This document shows, in pieces, positions 1 through 8,223 of a stretch of 64,000 bases of DNA. Under the pieces are notes generated by a model that was not told the DNA's origin, did no database searches, and saw nothing but the letters and a program-made list of their open reading frames with translations. Made by a program: the position numbers and the translations under genes. The stretch comes from a virus. The stretch's first letter is position 1; the number at the start of each line of letters is the position of its first letter. The stretch lies in IMG/VR virus record IMGVR_UViG_3300037427_004270, one strand, 5' to 3'.

Positions 1-437
1 AAGTTCGTGAGGCCCGTCTGGTTCTGTGCCAACAGCACAAGGTGCCGGCGCTTGTTGATATGACTCTTGATAAGGGATTTGGAAGCATCTTCGTCCTCGA
101 CTGTCGTGCCACTCGCGTCTTCTTTGCTCTTCGTCTTCTTTCCGGCGTCATACTCATCCTTTACCTTGCGCCACTCCTCGACACTCGGAACAAAATAAGC
201 CTCAACGCCGTAAATGGGCTTGAACTCACGACCCTCTGCCTGCATCTTCTTGCCATGAAGAACTTGGTATGCTAGGCCGTTCATGTTGCCATGGTCAGTG
301 AGAGCAAGGGCATCGCTACCATTTCCATACGCGAAGTTCATGTGATCCTGTGGGTATCCAAGGCCATCGAAAGGACTACCAGCAACCGAATGTGCATGAA
401 GGCCAACGAACTTAATTTTACTTTTCTTTCTTTCCAT
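1..437 (-). CDS. dnaE: DNA polymerase III alpha subunit (DnaE), N-terminal PHP domain; partial, runs off the left edge
   Basis: Not in the ORF track. Manual translation from ATG at 437 (SD GAGGAG) is open to the edge: MERKKSKIKFVGLHAHSVAGSPFDGLG...LALTDHGNMNG...KPIYGVEAY...RRHLVLLAQNQTGLTN. These are the canonical DnaE PHP motifs. Confidence 0.92.
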   Translation of the reverse strand, partial: MERKKSKIKFVGLHAHSVAGSPFDGLGYPQDHMNFAYGNGSDALALTDHGNMNGLAYQVLHGKKMQAEGREFKPIYGVEAYFVPSVEEWRKVKDEYDAGKKTKSKEDASGTTVEDEDASKSLIKSHINKRRHLVLLAQNQTGLTN

Positions 438-699
438 ATAAAAACTCCTCTGCTAAACACATATCATGTATGCTGATATAGTGTGTTCCTGACTTTGTAT
501 AAACCTTACAAAAAGTGTATGATGCATGCTCATTCTCGCTCATGACAATACCGGAAGTTATCTTGCCGATGAATGTCTTCTCTCTCGAACCTGTCAAATG
601 GAAGGATGTTGAATTATACTCACCTTCTTGGTTGACAAAGAACACCACGAGATCTCCTCTTTTCAATTGATCCCTCCTCAGCTCTCTATTATACTCCAT
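418..699 (-). CDS. hypothetical protein (possible SH3-like beta barrel)
   Basis: ORF track gives 418..798. The ATG at 699 (MEYNRE) overlaps the upstream stop and is the more likely start. The GDLVVF strand suggests SH3/KOW-like. Confidence 0.55.
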   Translation of the reverse strand: MEYNRELRRDQLKRGDLVVFFVNQEGEYNSTSFHLTGSREKTFIGKITSGIVMSENEHASYTFCKVYTKSGTHYISIHDMCLAEEFLYGKKEK

Positions 700-1463
700 T
701 TTTTTCCAGGAATCAAGTCTTTTGAGCGCATATCTATATCTTTTTTTGAAGAAATAAAATTTTCGTAACTTTCCCAAGACGTTATGTCTTGGTGCCACTC
801 TACCTCGACCTTGTTGTGGTCTATTTCCTGGAAGATGTCAAATACATCTTGGAGCCTTTCTTTTCCGTCTATCCTAATTCTTCTTCTCGCCTTGTTAAAG
901 ACAAGTTTGTTTATAGTAAAAGACAAGTTGTTAGATGTAAGCAACGACTCCTGACCGCACGATACTATAGTTGGCTTGTCTCTATCCAGAAAGACCTTTT
1001 TGTTTTCAATGATGCCTGAAATATCACAAGCCTTATAAGGAGAGCACACATAGTAGTTGTCTGGGGTTATCCACTTGCTTAGTCCCTTTGCTATCCGGAA
1101 TGCCATGAAAGAACCATGAATAGCTCCCCACGGGTAGGTGAGTCGGCCAATGTTCTGGTCCCTTGGCTTGATGGGGACATAATATATCGGTACCTTCGGA
1201 ACATTGCTGGTTGAAACCTTATATTCATAAGTGTTATAGTCATAAGCCCACTCACCAATGTGGTCTTTGACGAACGCGATATCTCTGTACTGAGAAACTA
1301 TCCACACCGTGTCACAACCTGCAGCCAAACATTCGTTGATAGCGTTTTGTAGAAGTGTGTATCCGTTCTTCAACATTAGCATGCAATCATGCAATGGCGT
1401 GTCGAAGTACGTTCCTCTTTTGCAGATAGGGATTATTCCCGCTAAATGGCTTGAGTGGCTCAT
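678..1463 (-). CDS. sugar-phosphate nucleotidyltransferase-like (GT-A fold) protein, degenerate signature
   Basis: N-terminus GIIPICKRGTYF...CMLMLKNGYTLLQNAINECLAAGCDTVWIV follows the GalU/RmlA pattern, but the GxGTR loop is not intact. Confidence 0.6.
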   Translation of the reverse strand: MSHSSHLAGIIPICKRGTYFDTPLHDCMLMLKNGYTLLQNAINECLAAGCDTVWIVSQYRDIAFVKDHIGEWAYDYNTYEYKVSTSNVPKVPIYYVPIKPRDQNIGRLTYPWGAIHGSFMAFRIAKGLSKWITPDNYYVCSPYKACDISGIIENKKVFLDRDKPTIVSCGQESLLTSNNLSFTINKLVFNKARRRIRIDGKERLQDVFDIFQEIDHNKVEVEWHQDITSWESYENFISSKKDIDMRSKDLIPGKKWSIIES

Positions 1464-2226
1464 CTAATAGATTATACTCTATTTCGGACAATTTATTAAA
1501 CGTTTCGCGGAAGTGAATATTCTCAATGTCCGAATACTTGTTCATTCCCGCTCTCTTGATAACTCTCTGTCTATGGTCTATCTTTATTGATATTCTTTTT
1601 GCGTTACCCGTCTTTTTGCACAAGCCATTCTTCGAGCCAAGAACCCCGTTACTAGAAAGAACGTCGAACAAACTTAGGCGCACAATTGGTTCCGAATACT
1701 CCGTGTCCGTTAGTTGTTCTTTTGTCATTCTAGACACAGAGCAATAGAATGTCTCCCTGTGAATAGAGAAGGTGAATAACTCTCTCATAAAGTCTTGGTC
1801 TTGAGTTAGGTTCACTAAAGTAGAGGGCTGGACGTTCTTGATGTGGAATATGTCGTAAACTTCCCTCTCTTCGTTTGGCTCATCTAAGTAGAGCTCTAGG
1901 CCGCTTACATTTTCGTCACTATAGAGCCACAAGTTTGCATACTCAAAGTATCTCCTCACCCCTCGTGCACGAGCCTCTATTTTGTTTTCCTCTGGCAACA
2001 CTGTTACGGTGGACATTATATCGCCGAAGGGAACAAGGCCCTTGAGAGACAGGCAGGCGTACAGCTTATCCCATTCTTCTCGCTCTTCGGAAAAGGTAAA
2101 CGGGGGCTCGCCATTCATGAAGAGTGGTACGCCGTGGTGGAAAGAGTGCCTCAAGGCTCCTATACAATTTCCTATAACAATGTCTATCAAGTTTCTATCT
2201 GCTTCCTGCGATACATCCCACAACAC
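1387..2226 (-). CDS. hypothetical protein, possible degenerate FAD/Rossmann-fold N-terminus
   Basis: 279-aa ORF; GTG start with SD AGGAGAGG. DIVIGNCIGALRHSF resembles the beta-alpha dinucleotide-binding start but lacks a full GxGxxG. Confidence 0.55.
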   Translation of the reverse strand: MLWDVSQEADRNLIDIVIGNCIGALRHSFHHGVPLFMNGEPPFTFSEEREEWDKLYACLSLKGLVPFGDIMSTVTVLPEENKIEARARGVRRYFEYANLWLYSDENVSGLELYLDEPNEEREVYDIFHIKNVQPSTLVNLTQDQDFMRELFTFSIHRETFYCSVSRMTKEQLTDTEYSEPIVRLSLFDVLSSNGVLGSKNGLCKKTGNAKRISIKIDHRQRVIKRAGMNKYSDIENIHFRETFNKLSEIEYNLLDEPLKPFSGNNPYLQKRNVLRHAIA

Positions 2227-2422
2227 AAGAGATTACCTCTCCTACCTTATAGGATAATATGCTGCAATAATACGTCGCATACACCAAGAACTCATATATA
2301 AGCTCAGAGTTTTGCGTTGCCAGTACGAACATCGAAGATGGCACAACAACAACAAGGATGGGACTTAAAACCATACGGCGAAAACGCCTGGATTGTTTTT
2401 TCAGTTTCTCGTTTATTATCAT
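2195..2422 (-). CDS. small putative membrane protein
   Basis: 75-aa ORF with a basic N-terminus and hydrophobic segments. The start is ambiguous because a competing SD-led frame exists. Confidence 0.4.
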   Translation of the reverse strand: MIINEKLKKQSRRFRRMVLSPILVVVVPSSMFVLATQNSELIYEFLVYATYYCSILSYKVGEVISCVVGCIAGSR

Positions 2423-2487
2423 ATATTGTATTGGATAGCAAACGTTCCACGGGGTACCTCCTTGAAAATAGCCTTTTATGAGTCGGG

Positions 2488-2754
2488 CTATTTAACCTCG
2501 CACAGAACATAGTTCGCTTGTAGTAAATAGTGTTCTTCACCTTTTACTTCTACTTTGCGAACCATATTCGCCTCTGCAACAACCAGAGAACCCTCTTGGA
2601 TCTCTTCTGCAACAGAGGGGTGAACTGCTAAGACTTTTGCAACAACAAAGTCTTTAATAATCTGATAATCATCCGGAAGGAGGATACCTGTCTCCTCAGT
2701 TTCATCTTCCAGAATCTCTATCAAAAGGTTTCTGTTTTTTGGGTATACCTTCAT
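2488..2754 (-). CDS. groES: co-chaperonin GroES/Cpn10-like
   Basis: 88 aa; MKVYPKNRNLLIE...TGILLPD...AKVLAV...EGSLV...VEVKGEEHYLL follows the Cpn10 pattern along its length. Confidence 0.85.
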   Translation of the reverse strand: MKVYPKNRNLLIEILEDETEETGILLPDDYQIIKDFVVAKVLAVHPSVAEEIQEGSLVVAEANMVRKVEVKGEEHYLLQANYVLCEVK

Positions 2755-3041
2755 CGGATACTCCTTCCGACTGTCTCATAGAAGTCCCGAAGCTGCTCCA
2801 AGTCAACCTCGTCTTTAAACATTCTATATGCTTTCATAGCGAGCTTGATGTCTTCCTTCTCAAGCCACCCATTCTCAACATAGTTCTGCTTGAGAGCCTT
2901 CTTCTGCTCCTTGAAAGGCTCAATACATTCTTCGATACTGGCGATTGACTTAATGTAGTTGGCCACATGCTCTTCCGTAGAGAGCTTTTCTTCTTTTTCA
3001 ATTTCACGCAAACTTTTGTTAGCAACACGATATTCTGTCAT
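2751..3041 (-). CDS. small dsDNA-binding protein, T4 DsbA/GapR-like
   Basis: ATG at 3041 with SD GAAGGAG; 96 aa, helical. YIKSIASIEECIEPFKEQKKALKQNYVENGW resembles the GapR/DsbA coiled-coil pattern. Confidence 0.5.
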   Translation of the reverse strand: MTEYRVANKSLREIEKEEKLSTEEHVANYIKSIASIEECIEPFKEQKKALKQNYVENGWLEKEDIKLAMKAYRMFKDEVDLEQLRDFYETVGRSIR

Positions 3042-3060
3042 TTTATCTCCTTCAAAATAA

Positions 3061-3080
3061 TAAAAGAGCCTTTCGGCTCT
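3061..3080 (-). terminator. intrinsic terminator after nrdJ
   Basis: AGAGCC-GAAA-GGCTCT followed by TTTATTATTTT on the minus strand; GNRA tetraloop. Confidence 0.65.
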
Positions 3081-3083
3081 CTT

Positions 3084-3111
3084 AGTATAACACACATAAA
3101 TGAAAAGTCAA
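3084..3111 (-). promoter_or_regulatory. sigma70-type promoter
   Basis: TTGACT-16 bp-TATACT with an extended -10 TG, upstream of the DsbA-like gene. Confidence 0.65.
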
Positions 3112-3119
3112 GTGTCTTT

Positions 3120-5021
3120 TTACTTTATTTCACAAGCTCCACCTGCACAAGCTAGCTCGCCCGACAGGTTAGTGTTGTCATCGTCTTCCACGACGAAACG
3201 CAAGTCAACAGATGACAAAGTTTCCATCATTGCTGCGTATGTATTTGCATCACAGTCCTCGAAAGGAGCTTGGACGTATGTTCCGCCGTCATATGGCAGA
3301 ATTGAAAGACCATTAAAGTGTCCTCTGTTTTCCCACATCCACTCGCCAACGATATCCCACTCATGTTCCCTAACTGATACGGTAGCTGAAATATTGTGAG
3401 TATTCTGGCCCTTGATGTGGCCTGGTCTGATCCATTTTTTGTTAAACCACTTCACTCTCTCAAGCAAGTCAATTGCAAGCTCATGACGAAGAATTGCGTC
3501 TTCTGGCGCTTTTTGAGGAATACTGATCACTGCAGTGTCGTGTGGTCGGAAATATTCGTCTTCTACCAACTCTGGGTGCCACTGGCTTAAATACCCATAA
3601 ATAGATTCGTTCTTGCCCACTCGAATACGTCGAACATAGTAGTCATTGTGCCAAGCGTGAATACCCGAACTACAACCTAGAGCCAGTGACGAGGTGCCTG
3701 CTGGCTTAATGGTAGTTACGCGAGCTGCTGGCTTAATGCCGATTAGTTTCGCTATTCTTCTATTTTCTTCTTTTGCGGCTGCTGCGGCTGCCTTCATGTC
3801 GTACTTCTGTGCAACGCCTGAGCCGATGCCAGTAAGACCGACGCCCAACAAGGCATCTTTCTCGGTCGTCTTTCTCCACACCGAGCGAAGATAGTGAAAG
3901 TCCGTATATCCAGCCTGCAATGTGCCAATCAGGGCTGCAGCGCGGGTTCTTTCTTCCAGGTCTTCCTGGCTCTCAATGTTGGAGACATTCACTTCACACA
4001 AGTTGCAGAACTGATATGGCCTTAGTGCAATTTCACAACATGGGTTTGTTCCCCAGTCTTTATCGTTTGATAGATAAATGCCCGGTTCTCCACTGTTGGA
4101 TAATTGAATTTTCTTCCATAAATCCATAAAAAATTCTTTATCTATCTGGTGGCGAAGCAACACTGCACTATTGTTTGCTCTGCCTCTCTGTGGATTCTTT
4201 TCCCACCAATTACCAAATTTACAGGAGATCATTTCTTCATCGTCGGCAGAAAATAGCGATATAAGAGCAGCACGACGAATGCCACCAGCAAGAACCGCAT
4301 CAGCGATATGGCAAACGACGTCATGTACTTGAATAGAGGAAAGCTGCTCACCGTCTGGTACCTCGTTAAGAATTGACTTTATCTGCCTAATACATATCTT
4401 CAATGGCTCTGGTCCGGGTGCTTTTCCGCCAGATGTCACAAGTCTGGCACCTTTTGGTCTAATATCAGAGAAATCAAAGTTTATCTCTGCACCACCTGTG
4501 AAATAAGACTTCATCAGGGCCTTTACTGCATCTGCCCAGCCCTCAATGGAATCCCCAATTAAAAAACGCTTCTTTTTGTCGTGTCTAGGCTTGCGAATTT
4601 CAGGAAGTTTTTCGACATGGTGTCTCTGGACCGAATATCCGACGCCTGTGCCTCCGAGCAGGAGAAATAGCGCCTCTGAGAAGGAACGCCAATCGTCCAT
4701 CGGCATGAAAGCACAATTGTAAATTCTGTTTGGACTAATTTCGATAGGCTTGCCACCGAATTGCAAAGAACGCATAGAAGGGAGTACTTTCTTAGCATGA
4801 ACCAGTTTATATGCCCTTTCGATCTCAAAAGAAAGTTCTGGGTATTTCTTCATGTGCATTTCTTTGTTCCTGTTCACTATTTCTTCCCACGTTTCTCGAC
4901 GCTTCTTGTCGTGGTCATAGCGAGCATATTTCATAAATACGGTGATATCGCTCAATATCCTTGTAGCTACTTCGGACTCTTTATTTTTTGTCTCTGTTGA
5001 TACTTCTGGTTCAGTGGGCAT
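3120..5021 (-). CDS. nrdJ: class II (adenosylcobalamin) ribonucleotide reductase
   Basis: 633 aa; PSMRSL, YNCAF, GVGYS, GGIRRAALI, TNPCCEI (NxCxE), CNLCE, TIKPAGT, and the C-terminal redox pair ACAGGACEIK. Confidence 0.93.
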   Translation of the reverse strand: MPTEPEVSTETKNKESEVATRILSDITVFMKYARYDHDKKRRETWEEIVNRNKEMHMKKYPELSFEIERAYKLVHAKKVLPSMRSLQFGGKPIEISPNRIYNCAFMPMDDWRSFSEALFLLLGGTGVGYSVQRHHVEKLPEIRKPRHDKKKRFLIGDSIEGWADAVKALMKSYFTGGAEINFDFSDIRPKGARLVTSGGKAPGPEPLKICIRQIKSILNEVPDGEQLSSIQVHDVVCHIADAVLAGGIRRAALISLFSADDEEMISCKFGNWWEKNPQRGRANNSAVLLRHQIDKEFFMDLWKKIQLSNSGEPGIYLSNDKDWGTNPCCEIALRPYQFCNLCEVNVSNIESQEDLEERTRAAALIGTLQAGYTDFHYLRSVWRKTTEKDALLGVGLTGIGSGVAQKYDMKAAAAAAKEENRRIAKLIGIKPAARVTTIKPAGTSSLALGCSSGIHAWHNDYYVRRIRVGKNESIYGYLSQWHPELVEDEYFRPHDTAVISIPQKAPEDAILRHELAIDLLERVKWFNKKWIRPGHIKGQNTHNISATVSVREHEWDIVGEWMWENRGHFNGLSILPYDGGTYVQAPFEDCDANTYAAMMETLSSVDLRFVVEDDDNTNLSGELACAGGACEIK

Positions 5022-6423
5022 TTTTGGACTCCTTCTTGTTCGCGTCGTTAAACTGTTTATATTTCTCTTTCATTGCCTTGGTATAATCTTGCTTCTTTTC
5101 TCTCTCGACAGATTCGATGGTCATCCCGTCATTAGGGAACACCTTCATATCTACCGAGCTAGTGTCAATGAACATGGGATAGGCTATACCATCAGGGCCG
5201 TTGCGGTTTTTAGCAACATACATAGTTCCCTTGTTCGCTTGCTTGTCTTCTGCTGTTCTCGATATAGTGCAGATAAAGTCAGCAATAAAGCACTTATTAA
5301 AGGCTTCACTAATCTGTTCAGGTTGCACTATTTGTGCATTATATCCCGCTCTATTTGTCTGTGAGGCCGTCCATACAGGACATTCATACTGTTGAGACAT
5401 CGCACGAAGATCTTCGTAAATTCCACCTAGTTCGTTCCTAAGTTCTCTTTGGGCTGAAACTGGTTTCAATAGATCTGCGTAGTCAACAATTATCATGTCT
5501 ATCTTGATGTCTCGCTTTCTTAATTTTTCCAGATGATTCCGCAAAGTTTGAGTAGATGCGGTCTTCGTCGGGTATTCTTTAACTATGAGATTGCCAAGGG
5601 AAAGGGAACTAATTTTTTCATAAATTTCATCTTTTAATCCATAGTGTGCGTTCAAAGTGAAGCCGGTAATACAACAATCATATCTCTTCGCAACGACAGT
5701 ATCTGCTAGCTCCAAAGTATAGTGAATCACGTTTAATCCGCTCTTGGCGGCCTGTGCGCCAAGGTGCACCAGTGCCATGGACTTTCCAGCACCAGTCGGA
5801 GCGATAACAACGCCCAGTTCGCCCTTGCCCAGGCCAGCGCCCGTGATCTGATCTACTTCTTTCCACCCTGTCGTGACCGGAGATCTCTCTCTTAGTACGA
5901 ACCTCTTTTCAAAATCCTTCATAAAGTCGTGGCCGAAGTTGTTGTCCGTCCCCAGTTTGCATGCGTCTTCAATAGATTTGAGGACTTTATCAAAGTCTTC
6001 CGTGTCCAAAAGGTCAACAGAATGAAGAAGTGCTTTTTTGATGCTCTGAGTTCTGCAAAAGTTTAAGGATCTATCCTTAATATACTTATGATCTTTGTGT
6101 TCCTCTTCTCTGCCGGCAATGAGCCTAGCAAACAACATTCTCACTTGTTTCTTTAATATCTCGCTATGGTCATCTAGCTCACCCCTGAGAATTGTCTCAA
6201 AAGCCGAGTCAGTGGGGTGAGACTCGTACTTTTGCTTATACGAGTAAACCTTTTCGACAAAAACCTGCAAATGTTTGTACTCAAAAAAGCTGTTCTGCAG
6301 AACCTCCCCTATCTGGTCAGAGAATGGCCTATCCTCATAAATAAGGATGGCCAACTTTTCTTGAAAAGACTTTGAGAAACCATAAGCTGAAAAGCTAGGT
6401 TTATTATTTTTTTCTTCAGTCAT
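5011..6423 (-). CDS. dnaB: replicative DnaB/gp41-like helicase
   Basis: Walker A APTGAGKS, YTLEL, Walker B IIVDYADLL, TASQTNR, KNRNGPDG. Confidence 0.9.
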   Translation of the reverse strand: MTEEKNNKPSFSAYGFSKSFQEKLAILIYEDRPFSDQIGEVLQNSFFEYKHLQVFVEKVYSYKQKYESHPTDSAFETILRGELDDHSEILKKQVRMLFARLIAGREEEHKDHKYIKDRSLNFCRTQSIKKALLHSVDLLDTEDFDKVLKSIEDACKLGTDNNFGHDFMKDFEKRFVLRERSPVTTGWKEVDQITGAGLGKGELGVVIAPTGAGKSMALVHLGAQAAKSGLNVIHYTLELADTVVAKRYDCCITGFTLNAHYGLKDEIYEKISSLSLGNLIVKEYPTKTASTQTLRNHLEKLRKRDIKIDMIIVDYADLLKPVSAQRELRNELGGIYEDLRAMSQQYECPVWTASQTNRAGYNAQIVQPEQISEAFNKCFIADFICTISRTAEDKQANKGTMYVAKNRNGPDGIAYPMFIDTSSVDMKVFPNDGMTIESVEREKKQDYTKAMKEKYKQFNDANKKESKNAH

Positions 6424-7471
6424 TTTTGCCTACCATGGAAATTTTGTTGAGGGCGATGAACAAGTCTGTCCAATCTGTAGAGGATATCCCGTCTTTGTGC
6501 ATGCACTTGACGATTTCAGTCCTATTAACACCCTTGTGGTAATTCTCCAAGGTAGATTTAACTTGCTTGAGCCCAACATAGGAGATGTTTGAGTTATCAA
6601 GCTGCATCATCCTGTAGTTTGTCAAGAAAGTCTGCTTTTGTTCTACGACCTTACCAAAAAATGCTGTCTTACCTTCTGCAACTTTGTCCATACAATAATC
6701 TAACACATGTTCGGTAGAGTGTGAAACATCTTCGGATAAAAAAGGCAATCTTTTTGCAACTGTCTTCAATCCAACACCCGGTATGCCTGGTAGATTATCA
6801 GACTTATCCCCTGCCATAGCCCGAGCAAGGGCGATATTAAGAGGATGTATTTTATATTCATCGCAAACAGTTACTGTGTTTATTATCTGATAGTCCTGTT
6901 TTGGCAAAGGCCGATAAAGAACTGTCTCGCTATCACAACATTGCAAAAAGTCTCTATCTGATGATATGATTACTTTTTGTTGTCCCGCAAAGACATCCGA
7001 CTTGGCAACGTAAGAAATTATGTCATCTGCCTCTACGTTGTTTAGCATCAATTGACACACAGGCATCTCGTTGAGGTACTGTACAAGCCTAGTTTGCTGC
7101 CATATTTTATTTTTTACCTCTTGTTGCTCGTCAAGAAGCCGGATGTTCCTATTAAGTCGAACAGGCTTTCTGCCCTGCTTGTATCCCCTGTTTATCCGCT
7201 TCCTCTTGATAGAGCCGCCTGGACCGTCCCAAACAACCACAATATCTGTGGGGCTCAAGATCCTGCAGTACTTCTGCAAGGACATAAGGAAACCCTTGAG
7301 GCCGCCGATGGGCTCACCGTTTGGACTAATAGTCGGATTAATGACGTATGATCTCAAGTAAGTATTGAGGCCGTCAATTATGATGACTCGCTTCTTCAAG
7401 TTATCTGGCCCGTGTCCAATCCGTGGTAATGCTTTTGTGTTCTTTTCCAATTTTGACGACGACGTGTACAT
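6416..7471 (-). CDS. stand-alone 5'-3' exonuclease / flap endonuclease (PolA N-domain or T4 RNase H-like)
   Basis: IIIDGLN, VVWDG, EADDII, ISSDRDFLQ, GDKSDNLPGIPGVGLKT. The likely start is TTG at 7399, just after the upstream stop. Confidence 0.9.
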   Translation of the reverse strand: MYTSSSKLEKNTKALPRIGHGPDNLKKRVIIIDGLNTYLRSYVINPTISPNGEPIGGLKGFLMSLQKYCRILSPTDIVVVWDGPGGSIKRKRINRGYKQGRKPVRLNRNIRLLDEQQEVKNKIWQQTRLVQYLNEMPVCQLMLNNVEADDIISYVAKSDVFAGQQKVIISSDRDFLQCCDSETVLYRPLPKQDYQIINTVTVCDEYKIHPLNIALARAMAGDKSDNLPGIPGVGLKTVAKRLPFLSEDVSHSTEHVLDYCMDKVAEGKTAFFGKVVEQKQTFLTNYRMMQLDNSNISYVGLKQVKSTLENYHKGVNRTEIVKCMHKDGISSTDWTDLFIALNKISMVGKND

Positions 7472-7703
7472 CTCCGAGCTCCTCTCGTACTACTTCTGCT
7501 ACTCTAGTAACTGTTGCTATATTGTGTTTAGACATGTCAAGTTCATACTTGTACTCTCCGACTTCGGCGGATAAATGAGTATTTTCAAGCAATTCATCAA
7601 CCAAACTCTTCCACTTCGTCGAAACATCCTTATCGCTACTCTTATCTTTCGTAAGAGCGTCCTTTGTTATGTTTCTCAATTTACTTCTATTTCTTGGGCG
7701 CAT
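7401..7703 (-). CDS. hypothetical protein
   Basis: ATG at 7703 is preceded by a perfect SD AGGAGGT. The longer ORF-track start overlaps the tRNA. Confidence 0.65.
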   Translation of the reverse strand: MRPRNRSKLRNITKDALTKDKSSDKDVSTKWKSLVDELLENTHLSAEVGEYKYELDMSKHNIATVTRVAEVVREELGDVHVVVKIGKEHKSITTDWTRAR

Positions 7704-7723
7704 TGGCCACCTCCTTTTTTTTC

Positions 7724-7799
7724 TGGTAGGCAAGGCAGGAGTTGAACCTGCGACTTCCCGCTTATAAGACGGACGTTCTCACCACTGAACTACTTGCCC
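7724..7799 (-). tRNA. tRNA-Ile, anticodon UAU, encoded CCA
   Basis: 76-nt cloverleaf GGGCAAG TA GTTC AGTGGTGA GAAC G TCCGT CTTATAA GCGGG AAGTC GCAGG TTCAACT CCTGC CTTGCCT A CCA; anticodon TAT at 7766-7764. Confidence 0.93.
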
Positions 7800-8041
7800 T
7801 AATAAAAGATTACTTCTTCTGGCTTAATAGATGTTCTTCTATTACCGTACTCTTCCTTGTCAAAGACAAAAACACACAGGTTTTGGCCTCGCTGTCCCTC
7901 GACGATGCCAAGGTGGGTGCCCCGGTCATCTGTCCACTTCACTATTTTAGAGAAGTGCTTGCCTTTTCGATATTTCCCAACAACAAGACTGTAATCTGGC
8001 TCTTCGTGGTATCTACTCTTGTTGTATCTCGACACTTTCAC
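7799..8041 (-). CDS. hypothetical protein (small beta barrel-like)
   Basis: 80-aa ORF in the operon direction; its TAG stop abuts tRNA position 1. Confidence 0.6.
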   Translation of the reverse strand: MKVSRYNKSRYHEEPDYSLVVGKYRKGKHFSKIVKWTDDRGTHLGIVEGQRGQNLCVFVFDKEEYGNRRTSIKPEEVIFY

Positions 8042-8156
8042 TCCTCTGCTCGTATTTCGATATTAAACTCTGGTAACATGTGCGACAGTCGCCGCACTTA
8101 TATGACTTCTTTACTTTATCCGCGAACTCTTCCTTCGAAGAGGACTCGCTACGCAT
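8013..8156 (-). CDS. possible small protein with CxxC
   Basis: MRSESSSKEEFADKVKKSYKCGDCRTCY... fills the gap downstream of a promoter; weak SD. Confidence 0.3.
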   Translation of the reverse strand: MRSESSSKEEFADKVKKSYKCGDCRTCYQSLISKYEQRSESVEIQQE

Positions 8157-8194
8157 CCGATCAATGTCTTCCTCTGTTCTATAACTGCAAAGAC

Positions 8195-8223
8195 ATAGTA
8201 TCATAAGCAACCTCCCATGTCAA
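8195..8223 (-). promoter_or_regulatory. sigma70-type promoter driving the tRNA/exonuclease/helicase/nrdJ operon
   Basis: TTGACA-17 bp-TACTAT with TG extension; the -35 overlaps the lon TGA stop. Confidence 0.7.

Noticed and set aside
5011-5100. Cobalamin riboswitch ahead of nrdJ
   Set aside because: The nrdJ start overlaps the helicase stop, so there is no leader in which one could sit.
7704-7733. N-terminal extension of the 110-aa ORF
   Set aside because: It overlaps the tRNA 3' end; ATG 7703 has a perfect SD.
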